This document shows, one piece after another, positions 49,403 through 62,342 of a DNA stretch of 64,000 bases; positions within the stretch are counted from its first letter, which is position 1, and each line of letters begins with the position of its first letter. Both the position numbers and the translations under genes were made by a program. This stretch comes from Callorhinchus milii (lineage: Eukaryota): positions 103,480,001 through 103,544,000 of the forward strand of contig NW_024704742.1 of the NCBI RefSeq assembly GCF_018977255.1. The letters run 5' to 3'. The notes below the pieces were generated by a model that was not told the DNA's origin, searched no databases, and saw nothing but the letters and a program-made list of their open reading frames with translations.

Positions 49403-50489
49403 GTATCAAGAGCACGAAAAGCTATTATTGCCTCTATTACAGCAGTTAGATTTCCATTTTCACAGGTAATAAGTGATATCATTTACTGATTTTTTCCAGG
49501 TGAATGTTAAGGTGAAATAAAATTATTTCCTCTGTGACAAACTCGTGATTCTAAAGTTAACATTACACTCAGCTACTCGCAGTTTGTCACAAATTGGTCA
49601 AATTTATTTTTCTGTGACACATTTCTGAAATGTCTGAATTGTCACAAAGAATCTACAGTGGTATCTGAAAGGATAGTGGTATCTCATAGGAGAGGTAACC
49701 CGTTTTAATGTGGTCTTGTGTTTTACCACAAATTCACTGGTAAGATTATCAAAAGTATAATTTGAGGTTAACGAATCACATTGTTATCTCTGCAGTACTC
49801 TGTTGCAATTTATTATTTGTGGCGCTCCACAATTGACTTGTGCTGGAGCAGAAAAGGTTAAGAGCACCTAATAGAAATGTTCAAAATGATGGATGGTTTT
49901 GATAGGTTAAATAGAGAAAGGAAGATATCCCGCAAAATCTAGATATGAGATAAGTTCACAAAGAGGTGAGGAACTAAAAGCAGTGTGAAGTTTAGGAGTG
50001 GAGATGAGGAGATTTACAGGGCTAATAAAAAATATGGTTAGACTGACTGACAAAAGTATTCTTTAAACTTAGTTAATTTGAAATGCTAAGACTACCCTCT
50101 TCTGGTTTCATTTGTTCCCCATCCCCCAGAGGATAAAATTCAAAATCCTCATCCTCGCCTTCAAAGCCCAGGCCTTGCTCCTTCCTACATCTGTGACCTG
50201 CTGTCGCCATATGCCATATCCGGCAAGTCTGGTGTCTATGTATTTGCTGGCTATGTATTGTTTCTCAAGCACTGGGAAAAATTCCCTTCTTTTTTCGAAA
50301 AGTGTCATGAGATCTTTAATACTACCTAACAGGCAGATGAGACCTTGGGTTAAATCATTGAACCAAATCCAAACCACAACCCCTCCACCAATCAAGCCCC
50401 GATGAACCCATAATCTTCTGACCTGGATGTGCAAGAGGAAACCAATCGAGTCCAACTGAAACGTACATGAAAGGATCGTGTATTCATAA

Positions 50490-51720
50490 ATTGACCTTTT
50501 GTGGATGATACCAAGCTACAAAGTATTATGAACATTAATGAGGATGGCAAGCGACTGCAAGAGGATGTAAATAGATTAGCACAACAGGCTGATTGGTGGC
50601 AGATGGGAACAACGAAGGGAAACGTCAGGTGATTCATTTTGTTAAAAAAAGAGCACAGAGTATATAATGACAATGTCTTGCAAGGAGATGCATCAGTCAT
50701 TGAAAGTGGAATCACAGTGACAAGGGCTATGAAGAAGGCTCATAGTATGCTGGGTTTTATACACACGGCATAGAGTACAAGAGCACAGAAGTTATGCTAA
50801 GTTTGTATAAATCTGTGTTTAGGCCACAACTGGAGTATTGTATCCAGTCCTGGGTAATAATAATAATATAATAATAATCCTTGCATTTGATATAGCGCTT
50901 TTCACGTTGGGAGGACTTCCCAAAGCGCTTCACAGAATATACTGTAAAGTGAATTAACTGTATATTTGTGGACGAACGCGGCAGCCAATTGCGCACAGCA
51001 GTGTCCCACAAACAGTCGTAGATTGAAAATGACCAATTTAATTATTGTTTTTGGTTTTTGGAGGGATTATTATTAGGAGTGTGGAGTAAGGAAACTTGCC
51101 AAAGGTTTCGCCCTGCCTGGAATTGAACTCAGGTCTCTCACTTGCAAAGCGAGTGCTCTAACCACTGAGCTACAGGACTCCACTTCAGAAAGAGTACTGA
51201 AGTACTCACTTCAGAAAAGTTGTGAGGGCCTTGGAAGGGTGCAGAGGATGTTTATGAGAATGATTCCAGGGATGATTGGAGAGTTATGAGGAGAGATTGG
51301 AGAAGCTGGGTCGGTTTTCACTGAAGCAGAGCAAATTGAATGGGACCTGATTGAGGTGTACAAAATGGTAAGGAGTTTTGTTAGGGTAAATAAAGAGAAG
51401 CTATTTCCACTGGTTGAGGTGTCAGTAACTTAGGGACATAGATATAAGATTGTTACAAGAGTGAAGGGGGGACTTCAGAGGATTTTTTTCAATCAGACAA
51501 TAGTTGGGGTGTGGAAAGCCCTGCCCAGTAGGGTGATGGAGGCGGAGACCATTATAGCTTTCAAGAGGAAAGTAGAGAGGCATAAGAAAGAGAAGGGCTT
51601 GATGGGGTATGTGGATAAGGCGGGGGGTGAGATTGAAGCAATATCCTTGCTCTGTGAGCTGGTGCAGGCTTGATGGACCAAATGGCCTCCTCCTATGTAG
51701 ATTCCTATGTTTCTATGATT
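50490..51720 (+). mobile_element. Degenerate CR1 LINE (RT C-terminus to 3' end), interrupted by a SINE
   Basis: TTTGTGGATGATACCAAGCTA (FVDDTKL, CR1 FADDTKL motif), AGGCCACAACTGGAGTATTGT (RPQLEYC), 3' end GGACCAAATGGCCTCCTCCTATGT..TTCCTATGTTTCTATG. Confidence 0.85.
50855..51181 (-). mobile_element. Young tRNA(Ala)-derived SINE inserted into CR1
   Basis: Full-length reverse copy; CR1 sequence resumes on both sides. Confidence 0.92.
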
Positions 51721-52519
51721 TTTTGTTGCTTTTTTAAATAAATCTCTTGTCTGTGTATACATCTGATGCAGAACTTACTGAATCATGCAGCTTATAAAAT
51801 ACTTCCATTCAGATGTTTGAATTGAAATCCCATTTTGTTGTTCATGAATTTTGATGCCAGTTAATACACAAGGATGCCTCTATATAAGTGAATCTGTATG
51901 GCATGTTAAAAGGAATCCAATTAGCTCTGTCCTGGAGTTTATGGTGCAAAGCAAAAGGAGGTCACAGTACAAAATCACTCGTGACTTTGAACTGTTAGAT
52001 GAAGAAAAGACCTGCTTAAATGGAAAGGTTGTGGAGAATAATTATTGAATTCTGTAGCCGTTTGTAATGTATATCTCAGCAATGTGCTTTCATGCATCAG
52101 TTAATTCATATGTATGAAACTATAGTGATTGTGGCACTTTGTCTGAAATATTAAAAATAAACACCTTTTAACATGTTTCCCAGCTAAACTGGGGCTAAAC
52201 CCAATGTAATTTCTTTACAGAATTAACAACACCTCTTTGAAATGTAAAATCAGTATTACAGGGCTGTCAACAGGGAATAAGAGATTAGAGGGAAGTGGTT
52301 CTGCATCATGGAAATGCTGATGGAAAACAATATCCAACATCATAAGACCTCCAGCAGCGTGCATATCGAAAATAACTCTTCAGAATGAATACCAGCAAAG
52401 AGAATTTTGTGCTTCTTCATGATTAAGCATTATTTGAATAAAGTACCACGTCTGTAGGTATTACACATTTAGCCTGACTCAGTTAGTAGCACTTTTCTTC
52501 ATGAATTTTCAGAAAACAT

Positions 52520-52640
52520 TTAATAAGGTTCTGCACAAGAGATTATTGGTTAAAATTAAGGTGCATGGATTTGGAGGCAACCTTGTGGCATGGAATAGTA
52601 ATTGGATGGCTGAGAGGTAAGAGGCAGAGAGTAAGGATAA
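52520..52640 (+). mobile_element. CR1 RT fragment, probably continued at ~53200-53370 beyond two SINE insertions
   Basis: TTTCAGAAAACATTTAATAAGGTTCTGCACAAGAGATTA (FQKAFDKVPHKRL-like), W...WL..RKQRV-like codons. Confidence 0.65.
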
Positions 52641-52823
52641 AAAGAACATTCTTTTATAATAAGTGCTATCCCTCAGAGATAATAAATAATCCTTGCATTT
52701 CATATAGCGCCTTATCACGTCGTGAAGACATCTCAAAACACTTCACAGAATATACTGTAAAGTGGAGTCACTGTGGATTCTGTGGATGAAATCTGTACTG
52801 GTGACTCAGCTTTTCAGCATCTA

Positions 52824-53140
52824 TAATAATAATAATAATCCTTGCATTTGATATAGCGCTTTTCACGTCGGGAGGACGTCCCAAAGCGCTTCACAGAACA
52901 CACTGTAAAGTGAATTGACTATATTTGTGGGCGAACGCGGCAGCCAATTGCGCACAGCAATGTCCCACAAACAGTCGTAGATTGAAAATGACCAATTTAT
53001 TATTGTTTTTGGTTTTGGAGGGATTATTATTAGGCATATGGAGTAAGCAAACTTGCCCAAGGTTTCGCCCTCTGCCTGGAATTGAACTCAGGTCTCTCAC
53101 TTGCAAAGCGAGTGCTCTAATCACTGAGCTACAGAACTCC
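52824..53140 (-). mobile_element. Young tRNA(Ala)-derived SINE, full length
   Basis: Reverse-complement copy of 3527-3855. Confidence 0.92.
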
Positions 53141-53392
53141 ATGCAGTACTCCATCTATGCAGTATTAATGACCTAGATGAAGCAGCAAAAAGTACATCTG
53201 CTTTTGCAGGTAAAAAGTTAGGAGGTAGAGTAAGTTGTGAAAATGGGAAGAGGAAATTGCAGAAGAATATAAACAGATGAAGTAAGTAGGCAGAACTATG
53301 GCAAATGGAGTTCAATTTGGCAAAGTAAGAAGTCCATTTTGGGTCAAAGAAAGACAAATTGGAAAACCTTTTCACAAAGAGAGCAATTGTGT

Positions 53393-53836
53393 TAATAATA
53401 ATAATCCTTGTATTTAATATAGTGGCTTATCACATCTTTGAGACATCTCAAAATGCTTCACAGGATTTACTGTGAATTGGAGTACCTGTATTTGTAGGCA
53501 AATGCAGCAGCAGAATTGCACACAGCATTGTCCCTCAAACAGCCATGAAATGAATCTCCAATTTCATTTGGGGGATTGTTGACTGGGACACCAGGAGAAA
53601 CTTACTTTTCTTTTCTAATAGTGCCCTGGGATCTTTAATGTTCCCCTGAATAGGCAGATGGCAGTTTAACGTCTCATCCAAAAGATGACACCTCTAACAA
53701 TGCAACACCACCAGCCATCCCCTCCCAGGCCTGTATTGGAGTTTCATCCTAAACTTTGTGAGTTGCAAGTTCTGATGTGGAATTTGAACCCACAACTTTT
53801 GACTCAGAGGCGAGAGTGCTCCAACTGAGCCAAGTT
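53393..53836 (-). mobile_element. SacSINE1-like SINE, near full length
   Basis: GACACCAGGAGAAACT, GTTTAACGTCTCATCCAAAAG, TTTGAACCCACAACTTTTGACTCAGAGGCGAGAGTGCT.CCAACTGAGCCAAG. Confidence 0.78.
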
Positions 53837-55039
53837 CCATGGTTGAATGCCAAACTTTAGAAGTAATTTATAAAAACTGACCAAAAAAACTGACGAGGGA
53901 AAAGAAAGGAGGAAAAGCTTTTAAATTCTCTCTTCATTTATCCATCACCCTCAGGCAATCTTTGACAGAAAAAACACAGTACTTTTCTAATTCTCGTTGT
54001 TTTTGGACAAACTACAAAATACGTATTTTTTTCATTCACGATTACTACACTCAATTAAAGAAACCATCTACTGTATCTGAGACTATGACTTTTAAGTGCA
54101 AGCAGGTATCACTAAAGATCTAAATTATTTTACTTATTTTTCTTATAATTTTGTATTACTTTTTATTGAATTAATTATAGGAATGAAGTGCTCAATAATT
54201 CATTTGTCATCAATATTTATTTAAAAGGTGCTTTTCAAGCAATGTTAATGAAAGGCAGAAGGTAGGAATGGTTTCAGTTATTTAGGGTATTTTGCAAACT
54301 TCTTTTTCAATCTTCTGTTCAACTGTTGGTGAATAATGGTGTTCACTCCATCTAGAAAATGACATCTCCATTGTGATATCTGCCAAACGGATTTGTTGTG
54401 TTAAAATTACAATGTCTGGTTTAAAATTTCAAGTTTTTGAAATTCACATCTGGTAAATTTTGAATTCCAAGATGGCAAAATCTGAACGAAGGTCAGTGAG
54501 GAATACTGAATCCAGTTTATCACAAATTAGAACTCATCAAATTGGTTACCTATTGGGGGACTTGGCAGTGTGAGGTGCAATGAGTTAGAACATTATCCCT
54601 TTGCTTCAGAAGTTTGTATTTAAATCAGTGGAAAGGGTACATTGTACATTTATCAGTGGGGCATTATAGTTATGAGAATTAATAATAATAATAATAATCC
54701 TTGCATTTGATATAGCACTTTTCATGTCTTCTCGACGTCTCAAAGAGCTTCACAGAATATGACTGTAAAGTGAATTGACCGTACATTTGAGGGCGAATTG
54801 TGTCTGTTTTCACAGGAACTGCGAAAATTAATAAAGATAAATGTGTTGCTAACCTAGTTTTGAGCTAGAACCATGAATCTATCTTGTTTTTTTTAGATGT
54901 TGATTTACTTGCTGGGCATTTCTAACATTTTCTGTTTTATTTCAGATTTCCAAAATTCAAACTTTCACTTTTCTTATCTTGTGCATCACTGATTTTGAGA
55001 TCAAAGTAGTTGGGGCAGGAAAGAGGGAGCTTCACCTCT

Positions 55040-56160
55040 TTTTGTTCAGCTGGGTGACCACACTAAACAATGTCCAAATAAAATTGAGAGCTCCACATAT
55101 GTATGTGACCTATACATTGAGATTTTCCTGTGAATGGAATGGAATGCCTACTCCCTCCCTGGAGAGGCGCTTCCTGCTTGCTTAATTCTGGAGTGTATTA
55201 GGCACAACTTGGCATGAGCCAAGGGTTGGGGGCCCCAGAGCAAACATTGGGATACTGCTGGGGTTTAATCTGATAAAACTAGATTGCATGACATTGAGAC
55301 TACTGTCTTAACAAGCTAAGACCACCCTTTTCATCTGGGCTTTGGTTTACAGAGTTAATAGGAGCTGAGCGGGAGGATTCTCTGTCCTTAGGGACTGGTC
55401 TGCCCCTTCAAATCCTGCTGGTGAGCCAGGCTGGCTGGGCTGTCATTAAATACTGAGGACTCCCCACTCCCAGGTGAAGAAGGGAGCACTGTACATCTAA
55501 ACATGACAGAGTCAGAATGCTTGATTCTATTGCTATATAAGAAACTGTAAACATGTTCCATTTTCTAGCACTGGATTCCCTTGATGAGCGAGAAAATAAA
55601 TCATAAACTATTTAAAAATAAAGAAAATGGGTCTATATCTATTGGGAAATGCAAGAGAATAGTTTTTTTGAGAATTGCAGAATTTGCGCAATGCATTATT
55701 CATCATCTATTTATATATTCTTGGAGGTAGAAGTAAATGGGGTCTTCTTGGGATTGAGTTGGCTCCAAAGTGACAGCCCGGCAATGGTATATTGCAATCA
55801 AATCAATCCTCTGTCGTGGTCTCAGTTTCTGGTTCCTGAGCCAGACAGATCTGCATTATTCCAAGGATTGTTAATCTGGCTCATTGGCAGGATTTGCTCC
55901 TGTTAATCCTATAATGGGAAATTAGGTCCTAGCTGGGAAAGCAGCAGTCCATTTGTCAGACTGTGTTTATAGTGGCAAGCCTTTCAGTTTTAATTGGTTA
56001 AATACTTTATGGATTAGGTAAGAAGGTTGAGTTCCTCAGGGAAGAGAGTGTCCATCTGAGACTTTTCCATGCTTAGGTGGCATGCATATGTGAAGCTCTC
56101 AGTCTGATTTGGATACCCTTAAGCATGTGCGTGTGTCAGACGCCCAGATAAGCAGAAGAA
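55040..56160. mobile_element. ~1.1-kb non-coding element bounded by long degenerate inverted repeats (MITE-like)
   Basis: Left GAGAGCTCCACATATGTATGTGACCTATACAT (~55086-55117) versus the reverse complement of ~56069-56101 GAGAGCTTCACATATGCATGCCACCTAAGCAT; partial copies at ~29485-30225, 34585-35020, 35915-35960 and 43340-43690. Confidence 0.6.
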
Positions 56161-57049
56161 TTATTTTTCTGAAAGTGTTTTGTGAATCTTGTGCTCTAAA
56201 AATTGAAAGATGTCAGTGTACAAAATTGGAAGATTTGCCATTTTTTTCTTCCCTCCCAGTTTTCTGCTCTCCTCTTCCTGGGAAGAAATTTTGAAATAAT
56301 AATCCTAAAATTTGATAAGAGCGCCATTCACAATGGGAGAATGTCTCAAAGTGCTTTACAGGATATACTGTAAAGTACAATACTATACCAGTTTATACAC
56401 TTATATAGCAAGTTGGTAGGACGCCCGAAGGCACTTAACAATCTTGACATGGCACTCAAGCTGGGGTGGAGGCCGACAGGGGTTAGTGGGAAGGAGAAAG
56501 ATGGCCACAAGTGTAGTCAATCTTGAGACAGACCTTGTACAAGGTGAGGGAAGGAGGGATAACTCAATGCTGTACTCACACTTTCAAGCATAACTTTGGA
56601 GATAGGAAACCATTTTCCATCAGTGATAATTCCTTGCTAAAATTAGCATTGTTGTTGTTGGGAATATTTTTGATGGCCCTGTTGCTTTAAGCACTTTGAG
56701 ACGCTGCCCTGCACAGAGGGCTTTATCTAGGTGCAAGTTTTTGGTGGTGTTATTTTTCCTTCCTCTGATATGTTGCAATCAATTGCCCTGCACCATGTTT
56801 CCTGGTGGCCTTCAGGCAAGTGATCAAAATCATCTATTTATATCTTGCAGGTGTGTTCTCGACTTTTTCACTTCTCTTTCCATATTTTCTTTGTATTTAT
56901 TTCATTTGTTCTAATTTATTCAATCTTCTAAGGAAGATCCTAAGGTTGATCTTCTAAGATCAAACAGCCTTTTCTTGTTCTGTAATTTCATTCTTATCTT
57001 TAAGTAGAAATAACATTTGAATAACATTTCTACTTAACATTTCTACTGT

Positions 57050-57378
57050 GGAGTCCTGTAGAGTAGTGGTTAGAGCACTTGCCTCGCAAGCGAGAGACTT
57101 TCCATTCCCAATAGGGTGAAATGTTGGGCAAGTTTTCTTACTCCATGCGCCTCTGTTTACCTAGCAGTAAGTAGGAACCCAGTTATTTTATCTTTTTAAC
57201 AAAAATTGGTCACTTCAATCCATGACTGTTTGTGGGACACTGCTGTGCTCAATTGGCTGCTGCGTATCGCCAACAAATATACAGTCAATTCACTTTACAG
57301 TATATTCTGTGAAGCGCTTTGAGACGTCTCAAAGAAATGATAAGGCGCTAAATCAAATGCAAGGATTATTATTATTAA
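57050..57378 (+). mobile_element. tRNA(Ala)-derived SINE, older variant
   Basis: GGAGTCCTGTAGAGTAGTGGTTAGAGC head, core and GGATTATTATT tail. Confidence 0.85.
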
Positions 57379-57504
57379 AGATAAGAAAGAAATTGCAGAA
57401 CAAGAAAAGACTGTTTGACCCATCAAGATTTATTTCTAGATGCAAACCACCGAAACGAAGGCTGAGTCACCCATGTTTCTCTACTAGTTCAAATCGATTC
57501 ACAC

Positions 57505-57842
57505 CCTGGGACCTCCTCATTCCCCAATCCACCACCCGGTGCCTCCGCTCGACTGACACCGGCCTCCTGCTCGTCCCTCACATCCTCCACACCCTCATCA
57601 GAGGTCGTGCTTTCACTTCACTACACCACAAAACTCTGGAACACTCTCCCTCAGTCCTTCCACCTTGCCCCTCTCTCACCTTTTTCAAGTCCCACCTGAA
57701 AACTTTCCTCTTCCATCGTGCTTACAGCCCTCCCCTCCACCCGGATGGAGTCTTGGAGTCAGATTCCACCACTGTTAAGCGCTCTGAGATGCTACCCTGC
57801 ATGGCGGGCGCGGTATAAGTGTAAGTTGTTGTTGTTGTTGTA
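57505..57842 (+). mobile_element. L2 3' fragment
   Basis: RCLRSTDTGLLLVP..RGRAF..FFKSHLKTFLF and a (GTT)n tail. Confidence 0.8.
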
Positions 57843-59764
57843 GCTGGTGGGGAATTTCTGCACAGATACCCTTTGATCCCCAAACGTAATCAAAGTGAAA
57901 CTCCAAAATACTCATCTATTCCAACAACTTCAGCATTCAATCCCAGTCCCCTTCCTGCTACAGACATCCAACCATTCAGATACTCACCCCTACAGACATC
58001 TACCCACCACAGTCCTGTCATTTACGGCAGAAAAATCATAATGTCACCCGAGGTATTTGATTATCTGAGTCTGCACATGTCCTATTATTCCTCAATACTC
58101 TTTGTGAGCAAGTATTTAGCCATCTCTTTCAAAATTAATGATTGTTTGGAATCTGTTCCACATATCCATCCATTCTGTGCGTATATGTGTGTGTGTGTCT
58201 GTCTGTCTGTGTGTAAGAAGGAGGAGATTGGGGTAAGAGTTTGTCTTCTAAGTTCTGGTCTTGCTTTAGACCTTTTGATTTCAACTCACACTAAGAAATA
58301 TTGGTATAGTCCATCTCCATTATAAAGATCACAAAGATACACCTTTAGGATTATTTTGGGATTATCAACAAAAGCATCCAGGTGCAAATTTAACATTACA
58401 AAGTGTATTATTCAGCCCTCACTACTAGTCTCTACACTCCTATAGTATAAACGGGCATTATAAATGTTCATATGTATCTCAAAAAACATATTTCTTTGAT
58501 TGTGTACTGTGCTTATCTGCTGTGCGCAATTGGCTGACTTGTTTTGTCCACAAAATAGTATATTCTGTGAAGCGCTTTGAGACGTCTAGAAGACATGATA
58601 AGGCGCTATATCAAATGCAAGGATTATTGGTATTATTATTATTATTGTCCCTTTGGTCAACATTCTTAAACCTTGAATTTCCCTGAGAAATATGCACCAT
58701 TATATTTATCAAACCCTTAGAAAAAAAATTTATATGAAACATCCTACATAAATGCAAGTTCCTGTGTACCCTTAAATCCATTTGCTTATTAGACATTCAT
58801 CCAGCTCCTTTGGGAAGGAATTAGTTGACATGTATAAACTTTGTTTGTTAGAAAACGAATCCATATGTCAACTACTCTGTAGGACAAAAAGCAAGTTCTT
58901 GTCACCCTTGAGCATTCCAGTCTTTAGGTTTTGTTATCAGACTTTTAAATTGAATAACCTGTTAACATCCACATTATCCATGCCTTTCAAAATGTGAAAA
59001 ATCTGAATCCTGCCCCCTTAAACTTCTATTTTCCTTTGAATACTAATCTAATCCACTCTTTTAATTGTAATTTGGAACTTTATATTTCACAATGATCTGA
59101 ATTCATCTAAACCCTGTTTAACGCATTTTTGAATGTAAAGTACCCCAAACTGGATTCAATGGCATATGTGCTTTACCACTGAGCTATTAAAAATGCGATA
59201 CAATCTTGAAGAATCATCTAGAAAAAAGGGATCGTATTTCCCAATTTAGAGAAATGCAATAAAATCCATCAGAAACGTAAGTCTTCTTAATCAGGTCATA
59301 TAGATAGGAAACTAATGTTAAAAAATATTAAATTAGTCTTTTGTTATACTTTCAGGTCTTTTCACAAATTAGAAATAAATAATTATTTCATTTGATATAG
59401 CACCTTTCACGTCAGGAAGATATCTCAAACACTTCACTGGTACATTTTACAGTAGTATATGGGACATGGTTGTGCGCAATTGGCTGCTGCTTTCGCCCAC
59501 AGAATATACAGTCAATTCACTTTACAGTCATGATAAAGCACTATATCAAATGGAAGGATTATTATTATGTTATTATTTTAGTGCCTTGATGCATCAAAAA
59601 GGTTTTAGAAGAATTCAAATTTGTAGGCAAACGCAGCAACCAAGTTGCACACAGCAATATCCCACAAAGAGCCATGAAGTGAATAATTAATTTTATCAGA
59701 GGATTGTTGTCCAGGAAACCAGAAAAAACTCTCCACCCTTTTTGAATAGTACCATGCGATCTTG

Positions 59765-59962
59765 TGTTAGCTGGGCTCAGTTGGTAGCAGTTTCACCTCT
59801 GAGTCAGAGGTTGTGGGTTCAAGACCCAGGTCGGAACTTGGAGCTCATATAGTCCAGGGTGACACTCCATTGCAATGATGACAACTTGCTGCATTGTTGA
59901 AGGTACCCATCCTTCAGATAAGATGTTAAACTAAGATCTGATTTGCCTGTTCTGGTGCATGT
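59765..59962 (+). mobile_element. SacSINE1-like SINE 5' part
   Basis: GGCTCAGTTGGTAGCAGTTTCACCTCTGAGTCAGAGGTTGTGGGTTCAAG..GACACTCCATTGCA..CCTTCAGATAAGATGTTAAAC. Confidence 0.72.
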
Positions 59963-60644
59963 TAGGCCTTAATTGGGAAAAAAATTCAATATGCAGGGGT
60001 AGCGATACATTTGGTTTAATGATGAGGCTCTGAAACAAATACGAGTGTTAATTTTCTCTATTGCTTTCATTTGTGAAATATACATAACATGTATTGTTTT
60101 GCAATGGATACTTGTGTGAAATATTCAAGTGGTGCGTAGATTTTCATATGTCAAACCACATGTGTTTCAGCACTTCATATACAAGGCGTTTTGAATTTGG
60201 TTTCATTTGGCAGTGAAGAACTCCTTTGATGTGAAATATTTCAGGACTGCAGGTTGTTGGTACTGACTGATTGAGCATCTAAATGAATTTCACACAGCAA
60301 CCACCAGGTTAAATAGCTGCTATTGCAGTCCATGGTCTGAGTTGTAAAATAATTGCTTGTTAACTGAGAAATGCCAAACAAATCAGAAAACAGGTCGCAG
60401 TAACCCAAATCTCCCTTCTTTTATTGAAACCTATCTCAAGACATACTTTTTTGACCACACTTTTGGTCATCATTCCCCTTCCTGTCACTTTTGGCCTCTA
60501 CCATTCTTAGGTGTCCAGCTAGAAGTATCAAGTGTTTTGACATATCTCCTGATGCCAAAGGCACTATACTGATGTAAATTGTATTGCATTGCAATGAGGC
60601 TAATATGAAAATTTTCAATTGATGAATACATTTTCACATATTGA

Positions 60645-60890
60645 ACCTTCAGCCACTCTGCCCCCAACCTCTGGAATTGCATCCCCCAATCACTCAACCT
60701 CGCCCCCCCTCTTTAACCTCCTTCAAGTCCCGGCTCAAAACCCTCCTCTTTAACCATGCTATCGGTCACCCGCTTCCCCTCCCCTCCCTTCTCCCCCCCT
60801 GACCCCAGCTCAGGTCTGAAATATCCAGCATCTTGGGATGTCCTCCCGATGTGAAAGGCACTATACAAATGTAATCTTGTTGTTGTTGTA
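60645..60890 (+). mobile_element. L2 3' fragment, same subfamily as 38566-38840
   Basis: CAGCCACTCTGCCCCCAACCTCTGGAATT...CCCCAGCTCAGGTCTGAAAT...AAATGTAATCTTGTTGTTG shared with the 38.6-kb copy. Confidence 0.85.
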
Positions 60891-62007
60891 CATGTTTTAT
60901 GCAGTTGAAAAATAATCCCTATATTAGAAGCCTGAAACATGTTGCTCCTTAATGCTGCAAACTGCTGAGCAGTGGGTGACTGATTCCCAAAGGTATATTA
61001 TCAGTGAAACCTTAGTTCTGAAATGAATTTAGTGTGTAAGACTTGTCAGGAAGGGTGATTGAGGCTAGGACACTGGATTCATTTGAAAAGCAGCTTGATG
61101 CTGTGATGGGGGGGAGGTAGTCTGGGTGATCAGGAGGGATAAGGTCAGATGGGCCAAGTGGCCTTTTTCATCAAATCAATCTTGTGATCTTGTGAGTGGT
61201 GGTACTTCTGGTTTAATGATGAAGATCTAAAATGTATATGAGTACAGATTCTCTCTATTGCTTGTAAACACATTAATACTTCATGTACAAGATATTTTAG
61301 TTTATTTTAGTTGTGTTAGATCTAAACTGAGATTGATCCCATATATGGTGTCTACATAGAACTTTGTTAGTGAAACAAGACATGCTTTGGATTGCAAAAC
61401 TCTAGAGATGTGCATTTGAAGTGAAAAAAATGAATAGGAAAAATCAGAGAATCACTCTGTTGTGATTTTATTTTCAAACCAGCTGTACAAGATACAGCAG
61501 TCACTTCTGCTTTGCATTAAGAAAAGCATTAACAACTTTCCATAATTTATGTACATTTACAATTAGAGAGAAATTCCACCTGGGTCTGGATTTTCTCTAT
61601 TTATGTAGCATTTAGTGTCCAGAATTGGGCAAATTGTTGAATTCATCTTAACTTTGAACATGATTTTCTTTAATTCTTAAAGAAGCCAGAGCTCTTGCCT
61701 CTGATCACCATTTAGAGAAGATGTGGGTTTGAGAATACCAGTTTGGCTAGGATGCCCTTGTGGTTGAATAGTCTACCAACACTCAACAACAACAATAATT
61801 TGCATTTATATGGCTCCCTTCACGCAGGGTAGCGTCCAGGAGTGACACTCATTGTCAATAGTTATTTATAAAAATAATCACATGAGTGAAGTGTTGAATA
61901 GTAAAATGTGTCTGTGGAAATGTACCACTGTAGCTCGGAAAAAGGATCTTTAGAAAAGAAGGAAAAAAAATTGCATAGGTAACATCAACAATGACAGTTT
62001 CATTAAT

Positions 62008-62330
62008 ACAACAACAACTTGCATTTATATAGCACCTTTCACGCAGGGTAGCGTCCAAGAGCGCTTGATGATAAAGTGCCTTTCATGTAAGGAGGACGTC
62101 TCTAAGCTCCTCACACAGCTGACTGATAGCCAATTGGAAGGGTAGATGAGGAGGGGAGGTAGAGTGGCAGAATGAGAGGTCAAAGATAAGGCTTAAGTCG
62201 GCTTTTGAAGCTGGGGAGGGAGAAGAAGACAGCGCATGGCAGGATGAAGTTTCAGAGAGTACATGTACACTGGCTATAAGCTTGCCCACTGATGGTGGGA
62301 CAGATTTGGTGAGGGACTTGAAGCAAACTG
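62008..62330 (-). mobile_element. Stacked L2 3' end fragments
   Basis: CAACAACAACTTGCATTTATATAGCACCTTTCACGCAGGGTAGCGTCC tail plus a second decayed 3' end. Confidence 0.65.
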
Positions 62331-62342
62331 GTGTTTGTTAAG

